From NCBI GenBank assembly GCA_026936335.1, contig JAPMXV010000033.1:1-64000 (forward strand): a stretch of DNA of 64,000 nucleotides. The letters run 5' to 3'. A model generated the notes under the pieces. It worked only from the letters and a program-made list of their open reading frames with translations. It searched no databases and was not told the origin of the DNA. Both the position numbers and the translations under genes were made by a program. Below are positions 9,703 to 21,754 of this stretch, piece after piece. Each line of letters starts with the position of its first letter. Positions within the stretch are counted from its first letter, which is position 1. This DNA comes from Mantamonas sphyraenae STR306 (lineage: Eukaryota; Protista; CRuMs).

Positions 9703-12303
9703 ATGGGCGCCGCAATCTTCAAATCCCAACGCCGCGCCCGCAAAGCAGGCACCCTCGCCATCGCTGCCCAAGCCTTCCAAGACTCCAAGAAACCCCTCAC
9801 TGCCTCATCTGCCTCCCCGCCTCCGACCTCCTCCTCCTTCCCGGACGACGGCTCTGGCCTTTCTGCCTCCATCCGCCGCGAAGAACAGCGCCGCGAACAA
9901 GCCGCCACCATCATCCAACGCAACGCCCGAGCGACCATCCTCAACCCATCCCGCCCCAACACCACCACCACCACCTCCTCCTCCTCCTCCTCCTCCTCCT
10001 CCTCCTCCTCCCCCACCAATCCTCCTTCCACCAATCCCTCTTCCACCACCACCACCACCAACCCCACCTCCCCCTCCACCAAATCCCCCCCACCCCCGTC
10101 CCCACAAACCACCGCTGCGGCCACCCTCATCCAAGCCCACTACCGCGGCCACGCCGCCCGGAAGTCCACCTCGCAACTCCGCCAAACCTCCACAGAAGCC
10201 GCCACTCGCATCCAAGCCCAAGTACGCGGCAAACAAGCACGCAACAAAGCAAAGCGCCTCAAGGCCCGCAAGCTGCGAAAGGAACGAGGCAAGCTGGTCG
10301 AGCGCTGGCAGGGCGAGGCTGCCACTCGCATTGGAGCCGTTATCCGCGGCTTCTTCACCCGCCGCCAGCTCGAGATCGAGGGCTTCTACGACCAGCCCAG
10401 CGTCTTTGAGCGCATGAGTGTCGCCGAATACCTCTCTGGCTACCAAAGTGTGACCCCTGGTGACGCTGCTGCACGCGAGGCAGGCATCCTCCGACGCGAT
10501 CGTCTCGGACGCGGCGGTATCCACTACCTAAAGTCCGCCGGCGTCAACCGTTCCTCCGACCTCGACGACATTCTCGATGACCATGGCATCAGTGGCCCCT
10601 CTGCACGGCCCAGCCCGCCCCCTTCCCCTCCTGCCCTCGACGCAAACTCAATCCCAAGGCCAGTTCGCCACAACGCCCAACACCACCCCATGGACCTCCC
10701 CGCAGACTTTCTCTACCCCAAGCTCTGGAGCCCGGCCGCCCGTCACTCCCCTCCTTCCCCTACCCGCTCCCCGTCTCCCTCTTCCCCGTCCCCGCAAAAC
10801 TCCCCCAGGCAAACCCAACACCGCCGCAAGCGCAAGCACCGCCGCCGCAAGCGCAAGGTCGCTCCCTACACCTCCCACCTCTCTCCAAACAACGACTACC
10901 TCAGCCCCGAGCAGCGCCAGACCCTCGTCATTGCCAAGCAAAAGGAACGCGCAAACGCCACAAACCTCTACTCGAACCACGCCATGAACCACGCCCAGAT
11001 CTCCCAAATGATGCGCGACGTCCTCTCCCAGGACCAGCTCCTCTTTGGCGCCTCTGCCCTCGCCGCCGCTCCCGCAGATCCCTCCCCACCCGCCACCAAC
11101 GGCAAATCCCTCATCCTCAACCCACCCACCCCGCGCAGCGACCGCATCCGTGCCTCCGAGAAAAAGGCCGCCACAACTCCCTCTTCCCGCCACAATGTCC
11201 ACGACCTCTCTGCCAAGCGCTCCAAGCACGTCAAGCAGATCGACGTCCGTGGCGTCGGTGCCGCCTCCTCCTCCTCCGTCAAACAGACTCAGCTCTCCGA
11301 ACGCGACCACGAAATTGCCCGCAACAGGGCCCACTTTGTCACTTATATTGCACGCGTCGAGAGCGGCGAGAGCAGCAAAAGCCTCCACGACGCCCTCGAC
11401 GGCAAGGCCGGCGGCCTCGAGTCCCCTTCCTACATCCCAGGCAAGCAAAACAGCCGCAAGTACCATCAGGCTGCCAACAAATGGCGCAGCAAGGCCGAGG
11501 AGCGCTTCGGTGACCGGCCCTGGATTGCCAACCACGACGACCAACAGGTCTCTCAGTTTGGCGTCTTTCCAGAAATGGCCGCCCTCCTCCCCACAAACTC
11601 CAACGCCAAGCAGCTCACCCAGGAGCAACGAGCTGCAGAACTTGCCCGCCGCCGTGCTGCCGAGGAGGAGCAGCGCCGCCTCGCCGCAGAGGCTGCTGCA
11701 CGTGAACCCACCCTCCAAGAAAAGATCGCCGCCGCCGTCGTCGTTCAGGCGCACGTCCGCGGCTACATTGCACGTCGCAACCTCGAGCGTGCCGGAGGCC
11801 TCTCCCAGGCCGACATCGATCGCAAGCGCCGCGAGACACGCACTGCACAGAAGCGTGCCCGCGAGCAGGTCGGCTCCACAAAGTTCCGCAAGGAGACCAA
11901 CCAGCGCATCGACATCAACGACGCAGAGCGGTTCCGTGACCCGCGCCTGGCCAAGCGTCAGCAGAAGCTCAAGCTTGCCGAGATGGAAAAGCGCCGCGAG
12001 GAGGAGGAACAAAAGAAAAAGGCCGCCCAAGAGGAAGCCGAACAGCGCAAGAAGGAGGAGCTCGAACAGGAAAAGGCCGAAAAGCGCACAAAGGGACGCA
12101 GGCGAGGCTCCAGCCGAAAGTCCAGCACCGCCTCATCCGATGGCAACCTCTTTGTCGACAAAAAGATGGCCGTCGCCAACCGCCAGCGCAGGGACAGTGT
12201 TGCTGGCGGTCACAACCGCCGTCGCCGCAGCAGCATCACACCTCGCCATGCTGACGCCGTTACCTTGCTCGGCGAGTCCCTCAGCACAGTCGACGAGAAA
12301 TGA
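9703..12303 (+). CDS. IQ-motif (calmodulin-binding) protein with low-complexity and coiled-coil regions, 866 aa
   Basis: IQ motifs AATIIQRNAR, AATLIQAHYRGHAARK, AATRIQAQVRGKQARN, AATRIGAVIRGFFTRR and AAVVVQAHVRGYIARR. Confidence 0.88.
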   Translation: MGAAIFKSQRRARKAGTLAIAAQAFQDSKKPLTASSASPPPTSSSFPDDGSGLSASIRREEQRREQAATIIQRNARATILNPSRPNTTTTTSSSSSSSSSSSSPTNPPSTNPSSTTTTTNPTSPSTKSPPPPSPQTTAAATLIQAHYRGHAARKSTSQLRQTSTEAATRIQAQVRGKQARNKAKRLKARKLRKERGKLVERWQGEAATRIGAVIRGFFTRRQLEIEGFYDQPSVFERMSVAEYLSGYQSVTPGDAAAREAGILRRDRLGRGGIHYLKSAGVNRSSDLDDILDDHGISGPSARPSPPPSPPALDANSIPRPVRHNAQHHPMDLPADFLYPKLWSPAARHSPPSPTRSPSPSSPSPQNSPRQTQHRRKRKHRRRKRKVAPYTSHLSPNNDYLSPEQRQTLVIAKQKERANATNLYSNHAMNHAQISQMMRDVLSQDQLLFGASALAAAPADPSPPATNGKSLILNPPTPRSDRIRASEKKAATTPSSRHNVHDLSAKRSKHVKQIDVRGVGAASSSSVKQTQLSERDHEIARNRAHFVTYIARVESGESSKSLHDALDGKAGGLESPSYIPGKQNSRKYHQAANKWRSKAEERFGDRPWIANHDDQQVSQFGVFPEMAALLPTNSNAKQLTQEQRAAELARRRAAEEEQRRLAAEAAAREPTLQEKIAAAVVVQAHVRGYIARRNLERAGGLSQADIDRKRRETRTAQKRAREQVGSTKFRKETNQRIDINDAERFRDPRLAKRQQKLKLAEMEKRREEEEQKKKAAQEEAEQRKKEELEQEKAEKRTKGRRRGSSRKSSTASSDGNLFVDKKMAVANRQRRDSVAGGHNRRRRSSITPRHADAVTLLGESLSTVDEK

Positions 12304-12347
12304 ACAGCCGAGGCCGCGTCGCGCCCACCACCCAAACTCCTCCAACC

Positions 12348-14356
12348 ATGTCTGACAATCCAAAGTTTGATGACTACATAGAGCTTGGCAAACGCATGGG
12401 CCAGCTCAACAAGCGTGTCGCTGAGGCGGCCAAGGAGGTCCAAGACGGCGGCGACGACCAGGCCACCGCGGCCCTCCAGTCCCTCCAGACCGAACTCGAC
12501 CAGGTCAAGGCGGAACGCGCTGCTCTCGAGGTAAGCCACCCTGTTTTGCCTCCAAAGCCCGGCCTCTCCTTCTCCGTGCACCTCCCTACCGGCCACTGCA
12601 GGCCCGACGGTGCCCCATTCGTCGAATTTGCGCATGTGCCGGAAACCCTCTCTGACCCCGCCTTTTGTCCCTCCCCCCCTTCCCAGGTCGAGCTCGGACT
12701 CGACAAGAAGCTGAAAAAGAAGAAGCGCAACAAGATCAACAAGAAGCCCAAGGCTGAGGGTGAAACCAAGGACGGTGACAACGCAGAGGGCCCAGCGGGC
12801 GGCTCCTCCTCCTCCACCTCCTCCTCCTCCTCCTCCTCCGCCGTAGAAGAGCAGGGCGAGATGGAAGGTGGTGCCATGTACGACGACAACGGCGCCGCCG
12901 TCACTCCTTGGGACGTGAGCGGTGACGTCGACTACGACAAGCTCATTCAGCAGTTTGGCTGCAAGCGACTCACCGACTCGCTCAAGGAGCGCATGGAGAA
13001 GCTCACGGGCAAGAAGTTGCACAGGTATTTGCGCCGAGGCATCTTTTTCTCCCACCGCGACCTTGAGGTACTCCTCGACATGTACGAGAAGCAGGTTCCC
13101 TTTTACCTCTACACCGGCCGCGGCCCCAGCGCCGGCTCAATGCACATGGGCCACATGGTGCAGTTCCACTTTGCAAAGTATCTCCAGGACGCCTTTGGCG
13201 TGCCTCTCGTCATCCAGATGACCGACGACGAAAAGTACCTGTGGAAAGACATGACCATGGAGGAGGCCCACCAATACCTTGTCGAAAACATCAAGGACAT
13301 CATTGCGTGTGGCTTTGACCCTCGCAACACCTTTATCTTTTCCGACATGGACTACATCCAGCACCTCTACCCCAACATCTGCAAGATCCGCAAGCGCCTC
13401 AACGTCAACCAGGTATGTTTCGCACCTGAAGGGTTTTCTCTCGCCCTCCGTTTCCCCGCTCTCCCCATGGCCGTTGATGATTATGATAACCATCCATAGA
13501 AACTGATCAACACGCATGATCGACAACTATTCATGCATCACCATCTGAGGCTTGTCACTCCTATCTTTCTTTCTTTTTCTGCACTCCACGGGCTCCCCGT
13601 CCCCTTCACCCACGCACGTCCTCACCCTCCCTCCGTTCCCTCCTCTCCGTTCCCTCCTCTCCCCTCCAGATGAAAAAGGTCTTTGGCTTTGACGACGCCT
13701 TCAACATCGGTCAGATGGGCTTCCCAGCCGTGCAGGCTGCGCCTGCGTTTGCCTCGTCCTTCAAGGGCGTGCTGCCTCAAGACATGGACCTGAGGTGTTT
13801 GGTGCCCTGCGCCATCGACCAAGACCCCTACTTCCGCGTGACGCGCGACGTTGCCCAGAGCATGGGCGAGAACAAGCCCGCCCTCATCCACAGCTGCTTC
13901 TTCCCGTCCCTCAAGGGTGGCGGCAAGATGAGCAGCAGTGAAGGACAGGCCATTGTCGTCTCAAACACGCCCAAGCAGATCAAAAAGATCATTGGTCAGT
14001 CGCAATCGGGCGGCTGGGAGGCAGAGGACGATCAGACAAAGTATGGCGCAAATCTCATGGAAGACAGGCCCTTCCAGTACCTGCGCTTCCTCCTCGAGGA
14101 CGACGACAAGCTCGCTCAGATCGAGAAGGACTACGGGATGGTCAAGGACGAAGAAGGCAACCCGATTCCTGCCGAGGAGGGTACCGAGAAGCTGCGCACG
14201 GGCGAGGTCAAGGCTATCCTCATCGAGATCGTTCAGGAGTTTGTTAAGGAGCACCAGGACAACCGTGCTGCCATCACCGACGAGCTTGTCGCCGAGTTTA
14301 TGAGCATCCGCCCGCTCGAGTTTGAGTGCCTTGAGCGCTGGGGAAAGAAAGAGTGA
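12348..14356 (+). CDS. WARS1: Cytosolic tryptophanyl-tRNA synthetase; introns 12531-12686 and 13413-13669
   Basis: VTPWDV, DYDKLIQQFG, LRRGIFFSHRD, YLYTGRGPS..SMHMGH (HIGH), QMTDDEK, PCAIDQDPYFR and KMSSS. Confidence 0.96.
13470..13551 (+). ncRNA. Intronic box C/D snoRNA, U33/SNORD33/snR55-like, with two guide elements
   Basis: Lies in TrpRS intron 2. Terminal stem GCC/GGC, box C TTGATGA (13474-13480), D' CTGA (13503-13506), C'-like ATGATCG, box D CTGA (13545-13548). Guides CCATCCATAGAA and CATGCATCACCA are complementary to the conserved 18S segment UUCUAUGGGUGGUGGUGCAUG. Confidence 0.88.
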
Positions 14357-14855
14357 TGTGTGACGCACAAATGTACAGTACAGGAACCCAATGTTTTCTC
14401 TGCATCGTCGTGTTGTGTAATAACGGGTCCTGGGTCCTTGGTGCCGGGCAGCGCAGGGAATCTCCACCGCTGGCAACATCCCACGCCTGCCTATTGTACC
14501 GGCCGTACTGTACTTGCAGAGGTAGTAGAGGGTGATATGAAGTTGTTGTGCGTTGCCAAAACGACGACAAGATCAAGAATGCAAAGAAGAAAAGGGAAAG
14601 CGGATTCCCAACTGAGTTGTGCTGCCGGAGCAGACGAGATTTCTGCAGGTCCTGTCGCAAGGTTCAAGGTCTGCCCTTTCAACAATTGAGTACTGGAGAA
14701 GGAAATGGTGTGTTGACCCGGCTCAACTGCCAGCAAAAAGTCCTCGGACGCTCAAATGACGACGGACCAGCTGCGCAGCGGACAGAGGAAAGAAGAGGAC
14801 ATTGCAGTTGCAGGATTGCAGAAAGAGTGTCTGGAACAATGGATTCATTGGTTGC

Positions 14856-16655
<1,800 letters not shown>

Positions 16656-16706
16656 TCATTCCACTCCAGCCCCCTCTTCCCCACCCACAACATCCCCAAC
16701 GTCCCC

Positions 16707-17225
16707 ATGTCGTCATCATCCAAACAGGCCACCACGGCCTACCTCCCGATCGGAAATGACGAAGAACAAGGCTTCACCTCAACCCGTCCCCCTCGCGGAA
16801 TGCCACGTGACGAGGTGCTGCGGTGGGGTGCCGAGCTCGCCCTCGCTCTCGGCTTTTCAATCTTGGTCTCCGAACTGACCTTGCTCAAGCTGTGCGACGC
16901 CATCTTTCGCTGCGGATGCACGTGGCCGTGGGCTGGAGGTGTTTCTTCATGCAACATCCACAACCCAGATCTCCCAGACTGTCCCTGGTGCGTCGCCGCC
17001 CCCGCCAGCGCCTGGATCCCCACCTACGGCTCGCCAGCCGTCATGTTTGCAGTCATTTTCTGGATGAGGTACAAAAAGGTGTTGTGGACAAAGCTTGGTC
17101 GCAACGCTTCCTTCGGTGTGTCTCTCCTTGCTGCTGTGGTCGCCTACCTCGTGTACAATGTCCTCAATGGGCTTTTTTTCAAGCTTGCCTCTGGTTACCC
17201 GCACTTTCTGTGGTGGGATTGGTGA
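16707..17225 (+). CDS. Small membrane protein with a Cys/His-rich loop
   Basis: Three hydrophobic segments around the motif CDAIFRCGCTWPWAGG..CNIH..PDCPWC. Confidence 0.8.
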   Translation: MSSSSKQATTAYLPIGNDEEQGFTSTRPPRGMPRDEVLRWGAELALALGFSILVSELTLLKLCDAIFRCGCTWPWAGGVSSCNIHNPDLPDCPWCVAAPASAWIPTYGSPAVMFAVIFWMRYKKVLWTKLGRNASFGVSLLAAVVAYLVYNVLNGLFFKLASGYPHFLWWDW

Positions 17226-17258
17226 CGAGCAACCCATACTTTCCACTTTCCACTTCAT

Positions 17259-20200
17259 TCATCCTGCCATATCGAGCAGATCCTGCACACTCGGCTTTGT
17301 CGCAAATCCACCGTCCTCCGACGCCAACCACTCGTCCAACCCCAAATCAAGGTCATCGTCGTCATCCTCATCGTACTTGATGCCACCCACACTCTTCTTA
17401 CCATTGACCTGTGACGTCTTAGTAGACTTGCTCTTGCTCTTGCTCATGCTCGGTTGTGCACTCCTGCTCACGGTCGAGCCCATGTCGATGGCTTCGCCCG
17501 TGCCCGACATCACCGTCGGCATCCGCGGTGGTTTGTTGATCCCACGCAGCTGTGTCGGCTTGCGGCGACCAAGCAGTTCGTCTTCGTCCTCCTGCGTCAC
17601 CCCGTACCCGTTCTCAAACCCGTTCAACGCTTGCTTCACCGCTGAACGGTCCACACTTGCGCGTACCCCCACAGAGCGCCGCTGCGTGTCCTCTGTGACT
17701 CCGTATCCGTTCTCAAACCCGTTCATCGCGCTGCGCACGGCCATTTTGTCCACACCGCCTTGCCTGCTTGTCAGCGACACCTTGGTGGGCATCACATCCT
17801 CATCGGTGACTCCATACCCGTTGTCAAACCCGTTCATGGCCTGCTTCTGCTTCTTCTTTTCCCTCTTTTTGCGCTTGCGTTCCTCCTTTTCTGCGCGTTT
17901 CCGTGCCGTTTCCTCACTGTCCGACCCCGTGCTGTACCCGTGTTCAAACCCGGCCATTGCGTTGCGCACTGCTTCTTTGTCCACCGGTTCCTTCTTGATT
18001 GCACCCAGCGTCTTGCGGCGTGCCAGAGGCAGGTCGTCCTCAAAATCCGCATCCGTTACCCCATACCCGTTCTCAAACCCACTCAGCGCCTGCTTCTGCT
18101 TCTTCTTCTCCTTCTTGCGCTTCCGTTCTTCCTTTTCAGCCCGCTTGCGCGCACGTTCCTCCTCCTTCGCTGCCGCCTCCTGCGTCCCGTACCCGTGCTC
18201 AAACCCAGACATCGCCTCCTCCACCGCGCTGCTCCGACGCGACGACGACCGCGACCTCGACCGCGATCGTGAACGCGACCGGCTCTCTCGTGGAGGGGAC
18301 ACCTGCGGCAGCTCAAACACAATGTTTGGGAACCGCGAAAACTTGAATGACCCAGCCCCAGTCGTCGACGCCCCACCCTCTCCACCCCCACTCCCAGCAC
18401 TCCCAGCACTCCCGGCATTCCCCCCACCACTTCCACTACTCCCACTTCCACTGCTCCCCCCACCCCCACCAGCGAGTCCAGGCGGCAGCAGCCAGCGCTC
18501 ATTCTCTTCGTCGTAGTGTGCGTCTGCCTCAATCGCAGCGACCTTTTCATCCCCCACCAGCCGGCTCAGAATCGTCTGCTTCAGGCTGAGTTCTCGTTGC
18601 TGGATGCGGATCGTGTCCAACAGATCCCCACGCTCCCGTTCAAACTCTTCGTGCAAATCCTGAATCTCGTTCTTGATCGCCATGTGCTTCGCTTTCATCT
18701 TTTTCAGCTTTCGCTTCTGGCCCTCCATGGCCTCTTGCAGGCTCGTGTACGTCTCTTCCGCGTACAGTCGTTCCTCTTCGATCTTCTCCTTGGCCTTGCG
18801 TAGAATAAGTTGTTTGCGCCGCTCCTTTTTGAGCTCCTTGCGCGCCTTGCGCAGTGCCTTTTGGGACTCTTCCCGCTCCTCCAGGATATTGTCAATGGCA
18901 GAAGAGGAAGAAGACGCGGCCGATGATGACGACGACGATGACGATGATGACGACGATGATGACGACGACGAAGACGATGATGACGACGAGCCGTGCTCGC
19001 CACCCACAAGCAACTTGTCACTTAGGCTGCGCAGCTGCTGCTCCAGCGCTTCCTTTTCCTGACGTTCGCGTTCGAGCTGTGCCTTGAGCGCGGCCGCCGC
19101 CGCGTCGTCCGAGCCAGCCGCCGCCGAGGATGCCGCCAGCGACGCTGTGCCCTGCACGCTCCCGTTCTGTTCCACAAGGAGGGTCTTGAGGCGGTCGATC
19201 TCCACCTTGAGTTCGCGCAGGAGTGCATCTTTGGGGTCCTCGTTGATCACGGGCTTGTTCTTGATGTTCTTGGCGCGGTTTGCGTAGCGCAGTGTACTCA
19301 GGGTTTCATCGTAGTTTGTGTGGGCCGGAGACAGCGCAGCAATCATGACTGTTTTCGTGTTGCCGCCCAGAGAGTCCTGCAAGAGCCGCGTCAGCTTCGA
19401 GTCACGGTAGGGAATGTGCTTCGAGCGCCCGTCAACCAGCGCGGAAATCACGTTGCCAAGCGCGCTGAGCGACAGGTTGATCTTGTTGGCCTCCTTAAGG
19501 CGGTCTCCCGTGGCACCAGTCTTGCTTTGGCGCTCCGAACCAGCCAGATCGACCAGGTTGAGCTTGCCAGCGCGCAGCATCGGCTCGTCGCTTCCGTCCG
19601 GCGCCTTTTCGCTTGTTTCGATCGTAATCGTAAAGATCGAGTGGGAGCGAGACGAGCCCGCGTTCATCTTTGTGGCGGCGACGCTGCGGTTCTGGGACCC
19701 CTGTTCCAGGACACTGTCGATTTCAGACACGTTCTTCACCACAATCTCCGTCAGGTCCTTCACAAACACTCCCTTTTGCGGGTCCTCCTTCACGTCGCAC
19801 TTCTTCTTTGGGTCAGAGCCCAGCAAGTCGCGAATCTCTTCGTTGTAGATCTCGAGGTACTGCGCACGGACGAGGTATTCCTTGTCTGTGTTGTCCAGAT
19901 CATCGTCGATGGCATCAAAGATGTGCACAAACGCGTTCGGAATGATGCCTCGGAGTTCCTTGGGGCTGTCCAAACCCTGCATGGTCCACGACTTGCCGCA
20001 TCCGGTTTGACCGTAGGCAAAGATGGTGCCATTGTAGCCCTCGAGCACGTTTTCGACGAGCGGGAACGCCGTTTCGTCGTACACCTGCCGCTGGGTTGAA
20101 CTGTGACGGGTCGGCACGGATCACAAGGAGCGGTGTGAGACAAAGGGAGGGCGACGGCAGTGGTGGCAGCGGTCGGGTGATTGGAACCCGTGTAAGCTCC

Positions 20201-20855
20201 ATGGCGAGTGTGTGGACAGACGGATGAGGATTGGCTTCGGCGCGGCACCCACTTTGCATCGTAGACGGCGTCAAACGTGAAGCTCTTTTCGTCTGCTTTG
20301 GAGCCACCGGGTTTCTTGATGGTACACTGGGCCATCTTGAGATCCATGGCAATGACACTGTGGGCAGGAGGAACACGCCCGCGTGAAGAGAGTGTCAGCC
20401 GTTACGGTGGGCGAATTGCGAGGAGACGGAGGGTCAAGCGGAGAGAGGGTGTGGGGTGTGGAGAGGCTAGCACTGGGTACAACAGGCATCATTGGGCTTG
20501 GCGAATGGGAGTTTGACGCAGTGACCACGTCAACATAGGCTTGGGCGACGGACACCGCAGCCGTTGGCGCCACGCGTGCTATCCGGTACCCGCTAGGCCG
20601 GTGGAGGCACATACACCTCGCCCCAGTATACCAAGGCGTCCCAGAGACAAAACACAGGGTGGGGATGCAACCACAAAGGAGGACACTGCTGTGTGCAAAG
20701 GTAGGAAAGAGGAAAACGGCGGCGGAGCAATGTGGAAAGTGGATCAAGGCCAGCGACAAGGGCCCAGCGACATCTGCATACCTTTGGGAGCCCTCCTCCT
20801 TCTCCTTTGAGTTCATAGGGCGGCATCGGACAGCCACACGCACCGCCTCGGCCAT
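17259..20855 (-). CDS. Kinesin-2 family motor (KIF3/KIF17-like); introns 20781-20358 and 20252-20101
   Basis: [19 protein letters not shown]-loop [66 protein letters not shown] and neck [16 protein letters not shown], followed by a coiled-coil stalk. Confidence 0.93.
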
Positions 20856-21070
20856 TGTCGTTGGGGTGGTGTGGGTTTTTTTGCTGGTCGCCCGGGTGGT
20901 CTGGTCAACTTTGCCGTCCCACCATCTCCCCCTCCGTTTTCCCTTGCCCTTCTCCTCCTCCTCCTGCCCTCCCCCTCTCCCTCCTCCACCTGCCCTTTCC
21001 CCCTCCCTCTCTATTCTTTCTCAACACCCGTCTCGCGCCAGCGCCGCCATCTCAAACCAAGAAAACGAGC

Positions 21071-21631
21071 ATGTGGAGCCGCGCATTCGCAGTGTACATG
21101 CTGGCTGTGGCGATGGTGATTGCAGCAAGTGCCATGGAGCTGGAGGAGGACATGATGCTTTCTCACTCAGAGCAACCGTCGGCTGACGAGGAAGTGCGTT
21201 TTTTTTTTTGCCCGACCCCATCCTGCCTGGTTCCCATCCTGCCGCCTTTCCGTTTTCCCTCTCCACCGCCTGACACGTGTGCGCGCGCGTATGCGGGACG
21301 GATTCGATAGTCAAACCCTTACGACGTGCTGGACGAAGCGTTCCTGAGCAAGCACAGCATCAAGGACTGGCACACGCAGGCTGTGGAGGCGGTCCGGGAC
21401 GGTGTGATGGACACCACCAAGCTGCCCCCTGCGTTTCTGGCCAAGGAGCAAGCGTGCTTTGCCGAGGCCACGCGTCAGCTCACCGCACGTGCCCATCAGT
21501 GTGCCAACTATGAGAACCAGTACTTTACCAACCGCAGGCTCACCCTGGCATGCCAGCAGGCGTGGATTTCCTTCATCAAGCAGAACTGCCACATGTCCAC
21601 CCTGCGCACCATGTTGGGCCAACCTGGATAA
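21071..21631 (+). CDS. Small secreted Cys-containing protein; intron 21194-21310
   Basis: Signal peptide MWSRAFAVYMLAVAMVIAASA. A phase-0 GT-AG intron joins it in frame to the 21311-21631 exon, which has four Cys. Confidence 0.75.
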
Positions 21632-21754
21632 TTTGGCTCACGACGATCACGAAAGAGGAGAAGGAGGGAGATGATGAAAGCAAAAGGGCGAATGCTTGGC
21701 AATGAAGACAGATGTATTGCGCGCAGACGCGGCCACCACAAGAGAAACCACGCG

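Noticed and set aside
14357-14855. Short ORFs between TrpRS and polyubiquitin
   Set aside because: No motif, and no frame is clearly preferred. Could be UTRs; a small gene cannot be excluded.
20501-20510. GCGAATGGGA resembling the 3' end of an HDV-like ribozyme
   Set aside because: No upstream TCCCA partner or P1/P3 elements, and it lies antisense to the host transcript.
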